A DNA stretch of 64,000 bases from Nitrosopumilus sp. (GTDB lineage: Archaea > Thermoproteota > Nitrososphaeria > Nitrososphaerales > Nitrosopumilaceae), in contig OZ242186.1 in assembly GCA_965205675.1 (NCBI GenBank), forward strand, positions 832,001 to 896,000, written 5' to 3'. Under the pieces are notes generated by a model, which was not told where the DNA came from, ran no database searches, and was given only the letters and a program-made list of their open reading frames with translations. A program made the position numbers and the translations under genes. Below, one piece after another: positions 62,070-64,000 of this stretch (positions are counted from its first letter, which is position 1; every line of letters begins with the position of its first letter).

Positions 62070-63147
62070 AGACCTCTTGCGTAATTAGACATATTTTACC
62101 ATATTACACAAATTCCTTCACAGCAAGATCCAAAGCTAAGAACAACTTAACACATTTCCTGTTAACATACAAGCAACTCTCAAAAAAGCCAAAATCCCTT
62201 CTCTCTTTTACTGGAGTGACTAGGCAACAGTTTGATGTGATTCTAAAGGATGTCAGAAAGAATCACCGTATAGAAGAAAAGAAGAGACTATCCAAAGCAA
62301 AGAGAAAAAGAAGTATCGGAGCTGGGCGAAAGTTTGATTTGAGTCTTGAAGACCATCTTGTAATGTTGTTTGTTTACTATCGGATGTACCTGACATGTGA
62401 ATTGACAGGATATATGTTTGGATTAGACCAGAGCAACGTCTACAGAAACATCAGATTTAGAGCCGGCAGTAAGAAAAACAGTTTCTATTCCTGCAAAACT
62501 ATACTCTGATTCTAAAAAAATAAATGATGTACAGCAACTCCAACTGTTCTTTCCTGAATTAATTGCAATGACTGATGGTACTGAACAACCAATCCCAAGA
62601 CCCCAGAACAAAAAGAAAAGAAAGACTCACTATTCAGGCAAAAAGAAAAAACACACAATAAAAAACCAAACACCGTAAACCAGAAAGGTGAGATAATCCA
62701 CAAACCCCCACATTCTCCAGGTAAAAAACATGATTATGCCATACTGAAAATCAGACATCCAGAACTGCCCGAAGATGTGATGATATTTTATGACCTTGGG
62801 TATTTGGGAGTGGAAAAAGATTTCCCAGAACAGACAAGCATTCTACCATACAAGAAAAAGAAAGGAAAAAAACTGACCATACATCAAAAGGAATGGAACA
62901 AGATGCAGTCAAGAATCCGAATAAAAGTAGAACATATTATCTCTCAAATCAAAAAGTTTAGGATTAATTCTGAGACATTTAGGAATAGATTGTGCAGGCA
63001 TGATGCAATAAGTGACATCGTATGTGGAATTGTAAATTTCAAGACAAGATGGAAGCAAGAGTTTGTTGTGATTCCATAAGATTAGAAATTATTTGAAATT
63101 AAATTCAATGAAAGATAAGATTTTGTTTGTAATTACGCAAGAGGTCT
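62070..63147 (+). mobile_element. IS5-a full-length copy with frameshifted transposase
   Basis: TIRs AGACCTCTTGCGTAATTA at both ends; ORF pieces 62216-62509 and 62777-63079. Confidence 0.92.
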
Positions 63148-63776
63148 AAGATACAATTCCATAATGAAATATACGAGTTAAAAGTTAATCATAAAGATGA
63201 TATTATGACTGGAAAACTCTATGCAAAGTATCGATTTTTAGAAGGAGATAAAATCATAATTATCAAGAAAAAAGATGGTCAATACATGTTAGAAGCACCA
63301 GACACAAAATTATATCCTGAATTAGATTAGTCGTATTAGGTCACTAACCTTTCCATTAGAAAACGGGTCACTGTAACTTACCAGTCCCTTTTTACTGCAT
63401 ACTGGGTCTTGGTACTTTACATGAAGATCCATAGTTGAAGTCTCATAGATATCATACTGTCTGGTTACTGAAAAGGTAGAGATTAGGCGTAAAAATCATA
63501 ACCCTATGAAATAAAAAAAGCGAAACCCTGAGATTAATGCTGATTTTAAAACAACTAATATTTTTAGAGAATTATCTCCAAGAATTATTTGGGATTTGTT
63601 TACTCGTCATCAATCATAATGTATTGGGATAAATTCCATACGATGATGTCATAAAAACAAGAAAGTTACTCTATCAAGTATTGACTTGGAATTGTCATCA
63701 AATGTGTTTGATTTTTGCTTTAGTTTCATTGATGATTTTCTGGGAAATCTGTTTTAGAGTGTCTCTTGAGTTTTTA

Positions 63777-64000
63777 CTATGCAATTTTTGTAGAATTTAC
63801 AAAAACACCTTTTTTGGGAATTATTTGTCCAATCTCTTGACTTGAGATCCTGTGTTTTTTGAAAATTGATTTTATTCTTGTTGCTTGATCTTTTGGTGCA
63901 ACCACACAAAATCCTACTCCCATGTTGAATGTTTTGTACATTTCTTTTGATTTTACTCCCCGTTCTTCTATTAATTCCATTATTGGTGGGATTTTTGGTA
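63777..64000 (-). CDS. purM: AIR synthetase, C-terminal end (truncated by window edge)
   Basis: EMYKTFNMGVGF motif. Confidence 0.9.
   Translation of the reverse strand, partial: PKIPPIMELIEERGVKSKEMYKTFNMGVGFCVVAPKDQATRIKSIFKKHRISSQEIGQIIPKKGVFVNSTKIA

Noticed and set aside
45806-63147. RNA-guided transposon components (TnpB/IscB, IS110 bridge RNA)
   Set aside because: All transposases found are DDE types; no RuvC/Zn-ribbon TnpB or DEDD recombinase ORF
63150-63776. 41-aa ORF at ~63206 and possible transposase debris
   Set aside because: No recognisable motif or termini

Overview
AT-rich chromosomal window from an ammonia-oxidising archaeon of the Nitrosopumilaceae type (Thaumarchaeota/Nitrososphaerota), judged from the Rpo7/Spt4, prefoldin-beta, XPF, Nob1 and DUF359 genes and the lineage-typical hypothetical proteins. 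The left ~27 kb is mostly housekeeping: gatB end, acs, nadA/nadC, Mrp, H+-PPase, NAD kinase, a rhodanese-ferredoxin operon, a GT2, a CPA2 antiporter and tRNA-Gly(GCC). The rest is accessory. It holds a 2322-aa surface protein with 12 FG-GAP repeats and 7 Ig-like repeats, many small hypotheticals, an AbiEi/AbiEii type IV toxin-antitoxin pair with an upstream inverted repeat, a hicBA pair and a CBS-TrkH fusion. About a quarter of the window (my sum from mapped ends, ~16 kb) is insertion-sequence DNA of about nine types (two IS5, IS66, IS481, three IS630, ISH3, IS3, plus a probable IS1595 scar and a MITE). Many are nested and several have mismatched flanks, which suggests a host-associated lineage undergoing IS expansion and genome erosion (inference). 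Features missed by the ORF track include a box C/D guide sRNA, a 35-aa C2H2 microprotein with a perfect palindrome at its start, a Cys-rich microprotein with an internal stop, and a MITE inside a signal-peptide sequence. No CRISPR array, rRNA, integrase or reverse transcriptase was seen. All calls come from reading motifs by eye; no searches were run.
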